Shown: positions 37,535-47,589, counted from the first letter of the stretch. The stretch is DNA of 64,000 nucleotides from Gemmatimonadota bacterium (GCA_031372565.1 JANMLN010000054.1:13492-77491), one strand, 5' to 3'. The notes: generated by a model from the letters alone, not told the origin. Numbers and translations are program-made.

Positions 37535-39330
37535 GCGGGCGCTCCCACGAGGCGGTGCATGATCCCGCTCACCACCGTGTGGGCGGTGAGGGGGAGGCCG
37601 GCGTAGTCGAGGATGGGCGTCATCGCATCGCGCGGGATGCCGAGCTCGATGGCGAGGAGCGAGCGCAGCTGTGCGTCGCGGTTCTGTTCGACCACGAAGG
37701 TTCGCTCGTGCGCGCCGAGGAACGACCGCACCGCAGCGCCGAACGGGAAGCCGCGGATGCGCATCACGTCCACGATCACGCCCTGCGCGCGCAGCAGGTC
37801 GGCCGCTTCGCGCACGGCCGCGTCGCCACTACCGAGGCAGACAATGCCGATGTCCGCGCCGGGTTGCACCTGGAACGCAGGCTGCGGCACGGCTTCCGCC
37901 GCGTGTGCGAACTTGCGGGCCAGACGGTCCACGACTTCCTGGTACGCCGCGGCTTCCTCGGTGTAGCCGGCATGCATGTCGTGCCCGGAGCCGCGAACGA
38001 AGTAGGCGCCCTTGGCGCCCACCCCGGGGAGGGTGCGCGCGGCGATGCCGTCCCCATCCACGTCGCGATACCGCGAGAAGCGCGGCAACAGTGCGAGCGC
38101 CTCGGCGTCGAGCACCTTGCCCCGGTCGGGGCGATAGGCGTCGTCCCACTCGAGGTGCGGCACCATCCAGTCGTTCATCCCGATGTCGAGGTCCGACGCC
38201 ACGAAGATCGGCGTCTGGTATCGCTCGGCCAGGTCGAACGCCTGCACCGTCATGTCGAAACACTCGTGCGGGTTGGCAGGAAAGAGGATCGGGTGCTTGG
38301 TATCGCCGTGCGAGGCGTACGCCAGCGAGAGGAGGTCCGCCTGCTGCGTGCGCGTCGGCATGCCGGTGGCGGGACCACAGCGCTGCACGTCGATGAAGAC
38401 GGCGGGGATGTCAGTGTAGTACGCGAGCCCGATGAACTCCTGCATGAGCGAGATGCCGGGGCCCGACGTGTTGGTGAAGGCACGGGCGCCGGCCCATCCT
38501 GCGCCGATGACGATGCCCGCCGCGGCAAGTTCGTCCTCCGCCTGCAGGATCGCGTAGCGATGCAGCCCGGTGACCGGATCTACCCGGTATTGCTCGCAGA
38601 AGCCCTTGAACTGCTCCATCACGCCCGTGGCCGGGGTAATCGGATACCAGGCGCCGACCGTTGCGCCCGCGTAAAGCGCGCCGAGCGCACACGCGGTGTT
38701 GCCGTCCATCAGGATCGCCTCGCGCGTGGCGTCCATGCGCTCGAGGTGGAAGGGCAGCGGACAGGCAAAGTGCTCGCGCGCGTAATCGTAGCCGAGCCGG
38801 ATGGCCGTGAGGTTCGCCTGCAGCACCTTCGGCTTCTTCCCGAACTTCTCGTCGAGCATCTGCTCGGGGATCGTCATGTCGAGCGCGAGGAGCGCGCCAA
38901 GCGTGCCGGCGTACATCATGTTGCGCAGGAGGGTGCGGTCGCGGTCCTTCTCGAACGTCTCGTTGCACATCCGGCCGAACGGAACGCCGAGGAAGGTGAC
39001 GTCATCGCGCACCAGCTCGGGGTCGAGCGGCGCGGAGGCGTCATACAGCAAAACGCCGCCCGCGCGTACCGTGGCAACGTCCTTGGCGTAGCTGGCCGGA
39101 TTGATGGCCACCACGAGGTCCACGGCAGACGGACGCGCGGTATAGCCGTCCTTGCTCACCCGGATCTCGTACCAGGTGGGAAGCCCCTGGATGTTCGACG
39201 GAAAGAGGTTCTTGCCGGTGACCGGAATGCCCATGCGGAAGATGGCCTGCATGAGCAGTCCGTTCGCGCTGGCGGAGCCGGTGCCGTTCACCGTGCCCAT
39301 CTTGAAGGCGAAGTCGTTGATGCCGCTCAT
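37531..39330 (-). CDS. korA: 2-oxoacid:ferredoxin oxidoreductase alpha subunit (gamma-alpha fusion type)
   Basis: The ATG at 39330 gives MSGINDFAFKMGTVNGTGSASANGLLMQAIFRMGIPVTGKNLFPSNIQGLPTWYEIRV. Later GNTACALGALYAGATVGAWYPITPATG. The ATG overlaps the upstream stop (ATGA, 39327..39330). Confidence 0.92.
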   Translation of the reverse strand: MSGINDFAFKMGTVNGTGSASANGLLMQAIFRMGIPVTGKNLFPSNIQGLPTWYEIRVSKDGYTARPSAVDLVVAINPASYAKDVATVRAGGVLLYDASAPLDPELVRDDVTFLGVPFGRMCNETFEKDRDRTLLRNMMYAGTLGALLALDMTIPEQMLDEKFGKKPKVLQANLTAIRLGYDYAREHFACPLPFHLERMDATREAILMDGNTACALGALYAGATVGAWYPITPATGVMEQFKGFCEQYRVDPVTGLHRYAILQAEDELAAAGIVIGAGWAGARAFTNTSGPGISLMQEFIGLAYYTDIPAVFIDVQRCGPATGMPTRTQQADLLSLAYASHGDTKHPILFPANPHECFDMTVQAFDLAERYQTPIFVASDLDIGMNDWMVPHLEWDDAYRPDRGKVLDAEALALLPRFSRYRDVDGDGIAARTLPGVGAKGAYFVRGSGHDMHAGYTEEAAAYQEVVDRLARKFAHAAEAVPQPAFQVQPGADIGIVCLGSGDAAVREAADLLRAQGVIVDVMRIRGFPFGAAVRSFLGAHERTFVVEQNRDAQLRSLLAIELGIPRDAMTPILDYAGLPLTAHTVVSGIMHRLVGAPA

Positions 39331-41108
39331 CCGGTCACCATCCCCGCGTACGGCAGCTTGAGGTCGAAGGTGCGCATGTCCCACGCCGCCGTGGGGCACC
39401 GCTCGGCGCAGAGGCCGCAGTGGAGGCAGACGTCCTCGTCCTTGACCATCACGCGCTTCGTCTGCGGGAGCGCGTCGGAGACGTAGATCTCCTGCGCGGG
39501 GTTGAGCGCCGGTTCCGTGAGCCGCCCGCGCAGTTCGTCGATCGGGCCGCCGTTGGTGGTGATCGTGAGGCAGCGCGTCGGGCAGACGTCCACGCACGCG
39601 TCACACTCGATGCAGAGCGGTGCGCTGAAGTGCGTCTGGATGTCGCAGTTGAGGCAGCGCTGCACTTCGTGCGCGACCTGCTCCGGGGTGAAGCCGAGTT
39701 CCACCTCGACGCCGATGTCGCTGAAGCGCTTGGTCAGCTCCTCGTGTCGCATCTTGGCGCGCTTCGACGTGTCGTAGTCGTTGTCGTACTCCCACGCCTG
39801 CATGCCGACCTTCGCGCTCGCGAGCGTCATCCCCACGGGCGGCCGGACGCGCACGTCGCGCCCCTCGCAGTGCGCGTGGATCGAGATCGCGGCCTGATGC
39901 CCGTGCGCCACGGCCCAGATGATGTTCTCGGGGCCCCACGCGGCGTCGCCCCCGAAGAAGACACCGCTCAGGGTGCTCTCGTGCGTCGCCTTGTCGACCA
40001 CCGGCATGTCCCACTCGCCGAACGCCATGCCGATGTCGCGCTCGATCCAGGGAAAGGCGTTGTCCTGCCCGATGGCCAGGATCACCGCGTCACAGGGGAT
40101 GATCACGGTGCCCGTGACCGTGCTCGTCTGCTTTCCCTTCGCATCGACCGACCAGACGAGCTGCTCGAACTCCATGCCGGTGAGCGTGCCATTCTCCACC
40201 ATGAAGCGCTTCGGTGCGTGGTTCTCGACGATCTCGACCAGCTCCTCCTCGGCGTCCTCGAGTTCCCACGGCGACGCCTTGAAGTTCTTGCGGCCGCGGC
40301 GCGCGATGACCTTCACGTCGGTCGCGCCCACGCGCTTGACGGTGCGGCAGCAGTCCATGGCCGTGTTGCCGACGCCGATGATCAGCACGCGCGGCTCGAT
40401 CTGCGTCACGTGCGCGAAGTGCACGTTGGCCAGCCAGTCGATGCCGATGTGCACCTGGCCAGGCGCGTCCCACCGGCCCGGAATGTCGAGCTCCTTGCCC
40501 TTGGGAGCGCCGGAGCCGATGAAGACCGCATCGTACTGCTCGTCCAGCAGCGCCTTGAGGCTGTCCACCGGAGTGCCGTACTTCATGGTGGCGCCCATGT
40601 TGATGATGTAGCCGCACTCGTCGTCGAGCACCGAGCCGGGGAGCCGGAAATGCGGAATGTTGATGCGCATCAGCCCGCCGGGCTCGCTCAGCTTCTCGTA
40701 GATCGTGACGTCGTAGCCGAGCGGAAGGAGATCGTTGGCAACGGTGAGCGATGCGGGTCCCGCGCCGACGCAGGCGATGCGCTTGCCGTTCTTCTTGTCG
40801 GGCGCCTTGGGCAACCGATCCGTGATGTCACCGCGCAGATCGGATGCGACCCGCTTGAGGCGACAGATCGCGACGGGCTTCTCCTCGACGCGGCCGCGAC
40901 GGCAGGCGGGTTCGCACGGGCGGTCGCAGGTGCGACCGAGGATGCCGGGAAAGACATTCGACTCGCGGTTGAGCATGTACGAGTCGTCGTACCGCCCCTG
41001 CGCGATGAGCCGCAGATAACCGGGCACGTTCGTGTGCGCCGGGCACGCCCACTGGCAATCGACAACCTTGTGGTAGTACCGGGGATCCGAGACGTTCGTC
41101 GAGCCCAT
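39327..41108 (-). CDS. GltD-like NAD(P)H-dependent FAD oxidoreductase fused to a 2x[4Fe-4S] ferredoxin domain
   Basis: N-terminal Fe-S region CQWACPAHTNVPGY...CDRPCEPACRRG. Dinucleotide folds IACVGAGPASLTVA and VLIIGVGNTAMDC. C-terminal CIECDACVDVCP and CLHCGLCAERCP. The ATG at 41108 has GGGAG upstream. Confidence 0.88.
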   Translation of the reverse strand: MGSTNVSDPRYYHKVVDCQWACPAHTNVPGYLRLIAQGRYDDSYMLNRESNVFPGILGRTCDRPCEPACRRGRVEEKPVAICRLKRVASDLRGDITDRLPKAPDKKNGKRIACVGAGPASLTVANDLLPLGYDVTIYEKLSEPGGLMRINIPHFRLPGSVLDDECGYIINMGATMKYGTPVDSLKALLDEQYDAVFIGSGAPKGKELDIPGRWDAPGQVHIGIDWLANVHFAHVTQIEPRVLIIGVGNTAMDCCRTVKRVGATDVKVIARRGRKNFKASPWELEDAEEELVEIVENHAPKRFMVENGTLTGMEFEQLVWSVDAKGKQTSTVTGTVIIPCDAVILAIGQDNAFPWIERDIGMAFGEWDMPVVDKATHESTLSGVFFGGDAAWGPENIIWAVAHGHQAAISIHAHCEGRDVRVRPPVGMTLASAKVGMQAWEYDNDYDTSKRAKMRHEELTKRFSDIGVEVELGFTPEQVAHEVQRCLNCDIQTHFSAPLCIECDACVDVCPTRCLTITTNGGPIDELRGRLTEPALNPAQEIYVSDALPQTKRVMVKDEDVCLHCGLCAERCPTAAWDMRTFDLKLPYAGMVTG

Positions 41109-41307
41109 GGCGCGTCGCTCCCACCAGCAGGATGCAGCAACAGTCGCACTCATGAAGGGGCAGGGGAAGGCGGGAAACGAGCGGTTCCTGTAAGGCGTAT
41201 CCCGACGCGTCGCTTCAGCCGAGCGGGTCAGGCCTTGGGTAACGGCCGACACACGGCAGTGCCCGCTGTGGTGGTGTCAGGGGTTCCCCCGTCCTAGCTT
41301 GCCGTCA

Positions 41308-42627
41308 ATGATCGAGGAGCCCCGCGTGATCCGCCGGCGCGCCGTCGCCAGCTGGATCGTGTACGACGTTGCGAACGTGATTTTCAGCATGGGCGTGGTC
41401 TCGCTCAAGTTCCCGCTGTTCGTCCGGGAGAGCGTGGGCGCGGCACGTGCCGACTCCGTGTACGGCGCGATCACGTCGGTGGCGATGGGGATCATGTTCC
41501 TGCTCTCGCCGCTGCTCGGCGCCATGACCGATCGTGCCCGGCGACGCATGCCGTTCCTCATCTGGGCCACGTTGCTTGCGTGCGCCGGCACGGCGCTGAT
41601 TGCGCGCGGGCCGTTCACGATGTCGGTGATCCTCTTCGTGATCGCGAATGGCGGGTACCAGGCCGGCGTGCAGTTCTACGACTCGATGCTCCCGGACGTG
41701 AGTACCGAAGCCAATCGCGGGCGCATCAACGGGCTGGCCATCGGGCTGGGCTACCTCGGTTCGTACGTGGCCATCGGCATGGGCGTCTGGCTCGGGCGCG
41801 GCGACGGCCCGTATCCGTTCACGACTTACTTCACGCTCGTGTCGGTGCTGTTCCTCGTCATCGCGATCCCGTGCTTCGTTTTCGTCGAGGAGAAGGGGAA
41901 CCCGCACCCGCGACCGTTCTTCACCCTCACGGCCATCAAGGAGTCGGTGGCGCAAACCATCGACACGCTGCGCTCGGGGAACCGCTATCCGGGGCTGCTG
42001 CGCTTCCTGCTCGGACGCGCCTTCTATACCGATGCGATCAACACGGTGGTCTCGTTCATGTCGCTCTACACGGTGAACGTGGCGGTCTCGACCGGTCTCA
42101 CGGCCGAGGACGGCCAGGCCCGGGCGAACATCGTGCTCGCGGCCGCGGTCACGGCTGCCATCGGCGGCGGCATCATCTGGGGGATCATCGTCGACAAGAT
42201 CGGTCCCAAGCGCACGCTCACGGCCGTGCTCTGCCTGTGGCTGGCGACGTTCACGCTCGCGGCCGGCGTGGGCATGCTCGGGCTGCCCATCGCGTGGCTG
42301 TACGTGGTCGCGTGCGCAGCGGGCATTGCACTCGGCGGTACGTGGGCCGCGGACCGGCCGTACATGCTCCGCCTCACGCCGCCGGACCGCGTGGGCGAGT
42401 TCTACGGGCTGTACGGCATGGTCGGGCGCTTCTCGGCGGTCACCGGCCCGGCGCTCTGGGGCGGCACCACGTACCTGGCCGTGCAACGCCTGGGCTTCAG
42501 CGAGGTGAAGGGCGAAGCGTTCGCGGTGATGACACTCTTCGCGATGGTGGTGATCGCGCTGGTGATCCTGCGGCGCGTGGACGACAAGCCGCGAGACTGG
42601 GCGGCGCTGCAGAAGCTCGCGCCGTGA
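41308..42627 (+). CDS. MFS transporter (UMF1/Atg22-like)
   Basis: About 12 predicted TM segments. N-terminus MIEEPRVIRRRAVASWIVYDVANVIFSMGVVS and LLGAMTDRARRRMPFL loop. The ORF track starts at TTG 41299; the ATG at 41308 is preferred. Confidence 0.85.
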   Translation: MIEEPRVIRRRAVASWIVYDVANVIFSMGVVSLKFPLFVRESVGAARADSVYGAITSVAMGIMFLLSPLLGAMTDRARRRMPFLIWATLLACAGTALIARGPFTMSVILFVIANGGYQAGVQFYDSMLPDVSTEANRGRINGLAIGLGYLGSYVAIGMGVWLGRGDGPYPFTTYFTLVSVLFLVIAIPCFVFVEEKGNPHPRPFFTLTAIKESVAQTIDTLRSGNRYPGLLRFLLGRAFYTDAINTVVSFMSLYTVNVAVSTGLTAEDGQARANIVLAAAVTAAIGGGIIWGIIVDKIGPKRTLTAVLCLWLATFTLAAGVGMLGLPIAWLYVVACAAGIALGGTWAADRPYMLRLTPPDRVGEFYGLYGMVGRFSAVTGPALWGGTTYLAVQRLGFSEVKGEAFAVMTLFAMVVIALVILRRVDDKPRDWAALQKLAP

Positions 42628-42657
42628 ACCCGGCGTGAGCGCGGCGTGTCGCGCGTT

Positions 42658-43872
42658 TCAGCCGTGGAACGGATTGTCGTAACGCCGGGGCTCTCCGCGT
42701 TCGCGGATGCCGTCCTGCTGCGCCTGCATGAGCGCCCGACGAATGCGCAGGGCCAGTTCGCGGGTGAGCGCGTCCTGGTCATCGCGCGCGGTCACGGGCA
42801 CGGGCTCCTCCACGCGCAGGAAGAACGCGCGCGGTGCGGCCGCGTACGGCACGAAGCGGGTTACGTCGTCGCGGAGCGTGCCGCGCAGCCAGTCGAGGCG
42901 CAGCCGCTTGATCCGTTCGCCGATCTGCTCCTGCGTGAGCGTTGGCTGATGCACACCGGCCGGCACGAGGCGCAGCATCCGGTCGATGATCGAGACCTGT
43001 CGCTTGAAGTCGGGATTGGCGTCGCGCAGGCGGCGTGATTGCGAGCGCCACGCGCGCGCCTGATCGGCCGCACTCGTCGGCATGGTGGCCGGCACGTACT
43101 CTGGCCAGGTCCGCGTGAGCTGCTCGAGTGCCTGCACCAGGCCGCGCTCGAAGCGCGCCGCGAAACCGTCGCGTGCGGGTCCGAGGTCGATGGCGTACGG
43201 CGCGGCTTCACGCTCGAGCAGGAATGCGAACAGCGCCCGCAGGCGCTCGGCGGCGTTGCCGGTCGTTCCCGGTGCACGCAGTCGCATGGTCACGTAATCA
43301 AGCTCGTGCTGCAATCCGGGCTCGGCGTTCTCCTGATAGCGGATGAACCAAGCGAGCGGCACGAGCTGCGCGGGCCGCCTGGCGATGTCCGAGGCACGCG
43401 ACGCGATGCGCACCGCTCCCGTGCGCAGCGCTCCCGGCGCTTCGTTGTCCCAATTGACTTCGCCCTCGGGGTGGATGAGCACTCCCGTGCCGCGCGCGAC
43501 CTGACGCGCAGAGTAGTCGAGCGCGGCATCGAGGTGCTCGCCGCGCACCGCAGCCACGAGTCCGTTCGACAACCAGAACCACTGCCCGAAGCCGTTGACG
43601 ATTTCCGGATCTGCCCACGCGATGGAGGTGGGCGCATAGCGGTGCATCACCCACTTGTCGATCATCCAGTCGGTGAAGAACTCCGGGTGGTTCGGACAGA
43701 GCACGAAGGGGGCGCGGACGGCGACGCGCAGGCGCGCGTCATCGTCGGCCGGGATATGCAACGCCGCCACGCGCGAGACGAGCGGGAGGACCACGCCGTT
43801 GTTGAGCCAGCCGAGCGCGCGCATGAGCGTCGCGTTGGGATGCGGCTCCCGGAACCCCTGAAGCGAGGTCAT
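42658..43872 (-). CDS. PlsC/LPLAT-like acyltransferase family protein (putative)
   Basis: CPNHPEFFTD (an HxxxxD-like block with one extra residue) and LIHPEGEV (EG block). The ATG overlaps the ppc stop (ATGA, 43869..43872). Confidence 0.65.
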   Translation of the reverse strand: MTSLQGFREPHPNATLMRALGWLNNGVVLPLVSRVAALHIPADDDARLRVAVRAPFVLCPNHPEFFTDWMIDKWVMHRYAPTSIAWADPEIVNGFGQWFWLSNGLVAAVRGEHLDAALDYSARQVARGTGVLIHPEGEVNWDNEAPGALRTGAVRIASRASDIARRPAQLVPLAWFIRYQENAEPGLQHELDYVTMRLRAPGTTGNAAERLRALFAFLLEREAAPYAIDLGPARDGFAARFERGLVQALEQLTRTWPEYVPATMPTSAADQARAWRSQSRRLRDANPDFKRQVSIIDRMLRLVPAGVHQPTLTQEQIGERIKRLRLDWLRGTLRDDVTRFVPYAAAPRAFFLRVEEPVPVTARDDQDALTRELALRIRRALMQAQQDGIRERGEPRRYDNPFHG

Positions 43873-46526
43873 CCCGTGTTGCGCATCCCGGCCGCGACGC
43901 CGTTCACCGTCACGAGGAAGGCGTCGAGCAGCGCCGGGTCGTCATGGTCGGCGCGCAGCCGAGCGAGCAGCTCGACCTGCACCAGGTTGATGGGGTCCAC
44001 GTAGGGGTTCCGGACGCCGATGGACCGCTTGAGCACGGGGTTGTCGGCAAGCAGCCGGTCGTGATCGGTCACCTCGAGCAGCGCTTCGGTGGTCTGCTCG
44101 AGGTCGCGCCGCAGCGTCGAGCCCAGCAGCAGCAACCGCGGCGGTACGAGACGCAGGTCGTAGTACGCCGCGATCTCCGGCGACGCCTTGGCCAGCACCA
44201 TCTCCACGAGGTCGAGCGTCGAGCGGAAGAACGGCCACTCGGCGTACATCGTGCGCAGTGTGGCGAGGTGGCCGCGCGCAATGGCGTCGCGCAGGGCATC
44301 GCCCACGCCATGCCAACTCGGGAGCATGAGGCGTGTCTGCGTCCACGCAAAGATCCACGGAATGGCGCGCAGGCTGGTGACACCACCGGCCGCCTTCCGT
44401 CGCGCCGGTCGGCTTCCGATGCGCAGGCGGCCCAGCTCCTGCTCCGGCGTGGCGAGACGGAAGTACTCGAGGAACTCGGGCGTCTCGTACACGAGTCGGC
44501 GGTACGCAGTGCGCGACGCATCGGCGAGTTCCTGCATGAGCGCGCGCCAAGCCGCTGGCACCGCGGCATGCGGCACGAGCGAGGCCTCGAGCGTTGCGGT
44601 CGTGTACACCTCGAGCGTGCGGTCGGCGATCTCGGGCAGGCCGAACTGCGCGTCCACCATCTCGCCCTGCTCGGTCACGCGGATGGTGCCGTCCACCGAA
44701 CCCGGTGGCTGCGACTGGATGGCCAGGTGCGTCGGGCCACCGCCGCGACCCACGGATCCCCCGCGTCCGTGGAAGAGCGTGAGCTGGACGCCACGCGAGG
44801 CGCACGCGGCCACCACGCGCTCCTGCGCGGTGTAGAGCTCCCACGCCGCAGCCAGTCGTCCCGCGTCCTTCGCGGAATCCGAATAGCCGATCATGATCTC
44901 GACGCGGTCGCCGATCCGGGTGCGATAGGCCGGGATGTCGAGCAACGCGCCGATGGTATCCGCCGCGCCACGCAGGAAGTCCACCGTCTCGAAGAGCGGT
45001 ACGACACGCAGGGGAGGGGTGACGCCCGCTGCCACCTGCAGCGCATGCACGGCGAGCACGTCGGACGGCTGGCTCGCCATCGAGATCACGTAGGCGCCGA
45101 GCATGTCGCGCGGGAGCTCGGCTGCCACGCGGAAGGTGCCGAGCGCGTCGGAGATGTCGGCCGGAAAGGGCGGAGGCGCAGCCATCGCCTCGCGCAGTGC
45201 GCGCGCGCCCGTCGCGATCTCGTCGAGCAGGAAGGCTTGGCGTTCGGCCTCGCTCCACGCCGCATACGAACCGCGCCCCATGCGCGTCGTGAGTGCATCG
45301 AGCGCATCGGTGTGCTTCTGCGCCTCCTGGCGGAGGTCGAGGCGCACCAGCGAGAGCCCGAAGGTCGGGATGCGACGGAGCACGTCGGTGAGTCGGCCTT
45401 CTGCGACGGCGCGACCACCGGTGGCCATCAACGAGCGATGACAGAGCCGCAGCGGCTCGGCGATCGTCTCGACGTCGGTGATCATCGGCCTGTCGTCGGC
45501 GCTCGCCGATGCACCGTCGATCATGCGCGCGATCCGGTCGCGCGTGGCCTGCAACCCCTCGACGATCGGCTTGAGCAGCGCACGATAGGGTTCCGCGGCG
45601 TTGCCGACACGCGCCGTGAGTTCGGGGGTGCCCCTCCGCATCGAGAGTTCGCCCCGGAGCGCTTCGAGGTCGCGGGCATGGAGGTCCGCCGCCATCCAGC
45701 GTGCGAGCAGCGTCGCGCGCACGGTGACGTCGGGCGTGACGTTGGGATTGCCGTCCCGATCACCGCCGATCCATGAACCGAAGCGGAGGGGCGCCGCGTC
45801 GAGAGGCAGTCCGGCACCCGTGGCAGCCACGAGCGCCTGGTCGAGCGCGCGCAGGTAGCGGGGCACCGCGTCCCAGAGTGTCTGCTCGAACGCGACCAGC
45901 CCCCACTTCACCTCGTCCACCGGCGTCGGCGGATCGCGGCGCACTTCATCGGTCATCCAGGTGGCCGTGATCTCGTTGGCGAGCGCGCGGAGCCGCGCCT
46001 CGCGTTCGGGACCGGTGAGGCTCGTGTGATCGCCCAGCGCCAGCAGTTCGGCGATGCGCCGCTGCTTCTGGCGCAGCGTGCGGCGCACGACTTCGGTGGG
46101 ATGCGCGGTGAGCACGAGTTCGACGCGAAGCGCGCCTGCGGCGTCGTGCAGTGCACGCGGTGCTATCCCGCCCGCCAACAGCCGCGTGAACGAGTCGGCG
46201 AAGGAGCCTCGCTGCGGTGGCTTGGACGGGTCGCGCTGGTAGTCGCGCCGCCGCCGGATGCGATGGTGCTGCTCGGCGATGTTGGCGAGTCCGAGGAAGT
46301 GCGCGAAGGCGCGCGCAACGTCGAGCGCGTCGGGGACGGAGAGTGCGCGCAGCACGCGCTCGAGTTCGGCCACGTCGGCGGCACCGCGGCGCGCATCCTT
46401 GGCGAGGGCGCGCACGCGCTCGACCGTGTCGTAGAGTGCCGCGCCGCCCTGTGCCTTCAGCGTGTCGCCGAGGAGGGCACCGAGCAGGCGGACATCGTCG
46501 TGGAGGGGCTGATGCGGGTCGGTCAT
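43869..46526 (-). CDS. ppc: Phosphoenolpyruvate carboxylase
   Basis: VLTAHPTE, IMIGYSDSAKDAGRLAA, FHGRGGSVGRGGGP, and the canonical C-terminus VNGVAAGMRNTG. 885 aa. Confidence 0.97.
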   Translation of the reverse strand: MTDPHQPLHDDVRLLGALLGDTLKAQGGAALYDTVERVRALAKDARRGAADVAELERVLRALSVPDALDVARAFAHFLGLANIAEQHHRIRRRRDYQRDPSKPPQRGSFADSFTRLLAGGIAPRALHDAAGALRVELVLTAHPTEVVRRTLRQKQRRIAELLALGDHTSLTGPEREARLRALANEITATWMTDEVRRDPPTPVDEVKWGLVAFEQTLWDAVPRYLRALDQALVAATGAGLPLDAAPLRFGSWIGGDRDGNPNVTPDVTVRATLLARWMAADLHARDLEALRGELSMRRGTPELTARVGNAAEPYRALLKPIVEGLQATRDRIARMIDGASASADDRPMITDVETIAEPLRLCHRSLMATGGRAVAEGRLTDVLRRIPTFGLSLVRLDLRQEAQKHTDALDALTTRMGRGSYAAWSEAERQAFLLDEIATGARALREAMAAPPPFPADISDALGTFRVAAELPRDMLGAYVISMASQPSDVLAVHALQVAAGVTPPLRVVPLFETVDFLRGAADTIGALLDIPAYRTRIGDRVEIMIGYSDSAKDAGRLAAAWELYTAQERVVAACASRGVQLTLFHGRGGSVGRGGGPTHLAIQSQPPGSVDGTIRVTEQGEMVDAQFGLPEIADRTLEVYTTATLEASLVPHAAVPAAWRALMQELADASRTAYRRLVYETPEFLEYFRLATPEQELGRLRIGSRPARRKAAGGVTSLRAIPWIFAWTQTRLMLPSWHGVGDALRDAIARGHLATLRTMYAEWPFFRSTLDLVEMVLAKASPEIAAYYDLRLVPPRLLLLGSTLRRDLEQTTEALLEVTDHDRLLADNPVLKRSIGVRNPYVDPINLVQVELLARLRADHDDPALLDAFLVTVNGVAAGMRNTG

Positions 46527-46622
46527 GGGCTGTGGGTCGGAAGCTACGACCTCAGACGCTCCGCGGGGCGCGGACCAGGCTTATGAAGCTGAACCTGTTC
46601 GATCTCGACTCCGCATCGGGCC

Positions 46623-47183
46623 TCAGTCCACCCAGCGCGTGAGCGCGCTGCCCGCCGTACGCGGCTTCGCTGCCGGTACCTCGGCCGGCTCTCCCACGGT
46701 CAACACCGCCACGATCCGCTCGCCCTCGGCCACGCCCGCCGCGGCGCGCGCTGCCGGATCATCCATGATGGCGCCGGTGCGGATGTGCGTACCGAGCCCT
46801 TGGGCCACGGCCGAGAGGCAGAGGTTCTGCACGGCCATGTAGGTGGCCGCGTAGTCCTCCTCGCGGATCTCCGGGTTCTCGTTGAGCACCATCGACACGA
46901 TCAGCATGCACGGTTGCGCCCGATGATCGCGGCTGGTGGTCTGCCGGATCGAGTCGGCCTGGGCTTCGTCGGTCGCCTTCTTCGCCTTGCGGTTGCCCAG
47001 TGCGAGTCCGTACGCCGCGCGCGCCTCGGGGCCGAGCACTGCAAAGCGCCACGGCTGCGTGATCCGATGGTTCGGCGCGAGCGTCGCGGCCTGAATCATC
47101 TGCTCCAGCGCGTCGCGCGAGGGGGCGCGATCGGTGAACTTGCGAATGGAGCGGCGGTTGGAAATCGCGTCGGAAAGGTTCAT
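46623..47183 (-). CDS. Nitroreductase family protein
   Basis: AISNRRSIRKFTD, APNHRITQPWRF, QNLCLSAVAQGLG. Confidence 0.88.
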   Translation of the reverse strand: MNLSDAISNRRSIRKFTDRAPSRDALEQMIQAATLAPNHRITQPWRFAVLGPEARAAYGLALGNRKAKKATDEAQADSIRQTTSRDHRAQPCMLIVSMVLNENPEIREEDYAATYMAVQNLCLSAVAQGLGTHIRTGAIMDDPAARAAAGVAEGERIVAVLTVGEPAEVPAAKPRTAGSALTRWVD

Positions 47184-47589
47184 CTCGGGAGGGGCGGGAC
47201 AGGTGAGGTTCGCCTGCTGCGGTAGGCCGCACGCAGACGCCTCGGAACGATAGTCGCGCGTACTCGGCCGCGCGCTTCTGACGCGTGCGAGCGCTGCGAA
47301 CTGTGGTGCGAAGGCCCGTCCTGTCAGGAGTAAACATTCGTAATCAATCTGCCGCCCCGCATCGCTTGTAAGTCTCTGCTAATCATCATGTTACGCAGAA
47401 ACACAAAGGTCAATATTCCTGCTCGCTTGGTCTCACCGTTGAGCAGTCCACCGTGCACGAGCCGGCCACGCTGGAGTTGCTCGCTCCGGCACTGCCTGCG
47501 TCGGTGCGCTTGACGGCTCCTCGCCTCGCGCCCCACCTTGCGAGAGCTCGCGCCACGCCCGACGCGCGCACTCTCCCGCTCCCCGATCC

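Noticed and set aside
47388-47513. 41-codon Cys/Arg-rich ORF starting in the AT-rich intergenic core
   Set aside because: No ribosome-binding site, an implausible composition, and no basis for conservation. Treated as non-coding.
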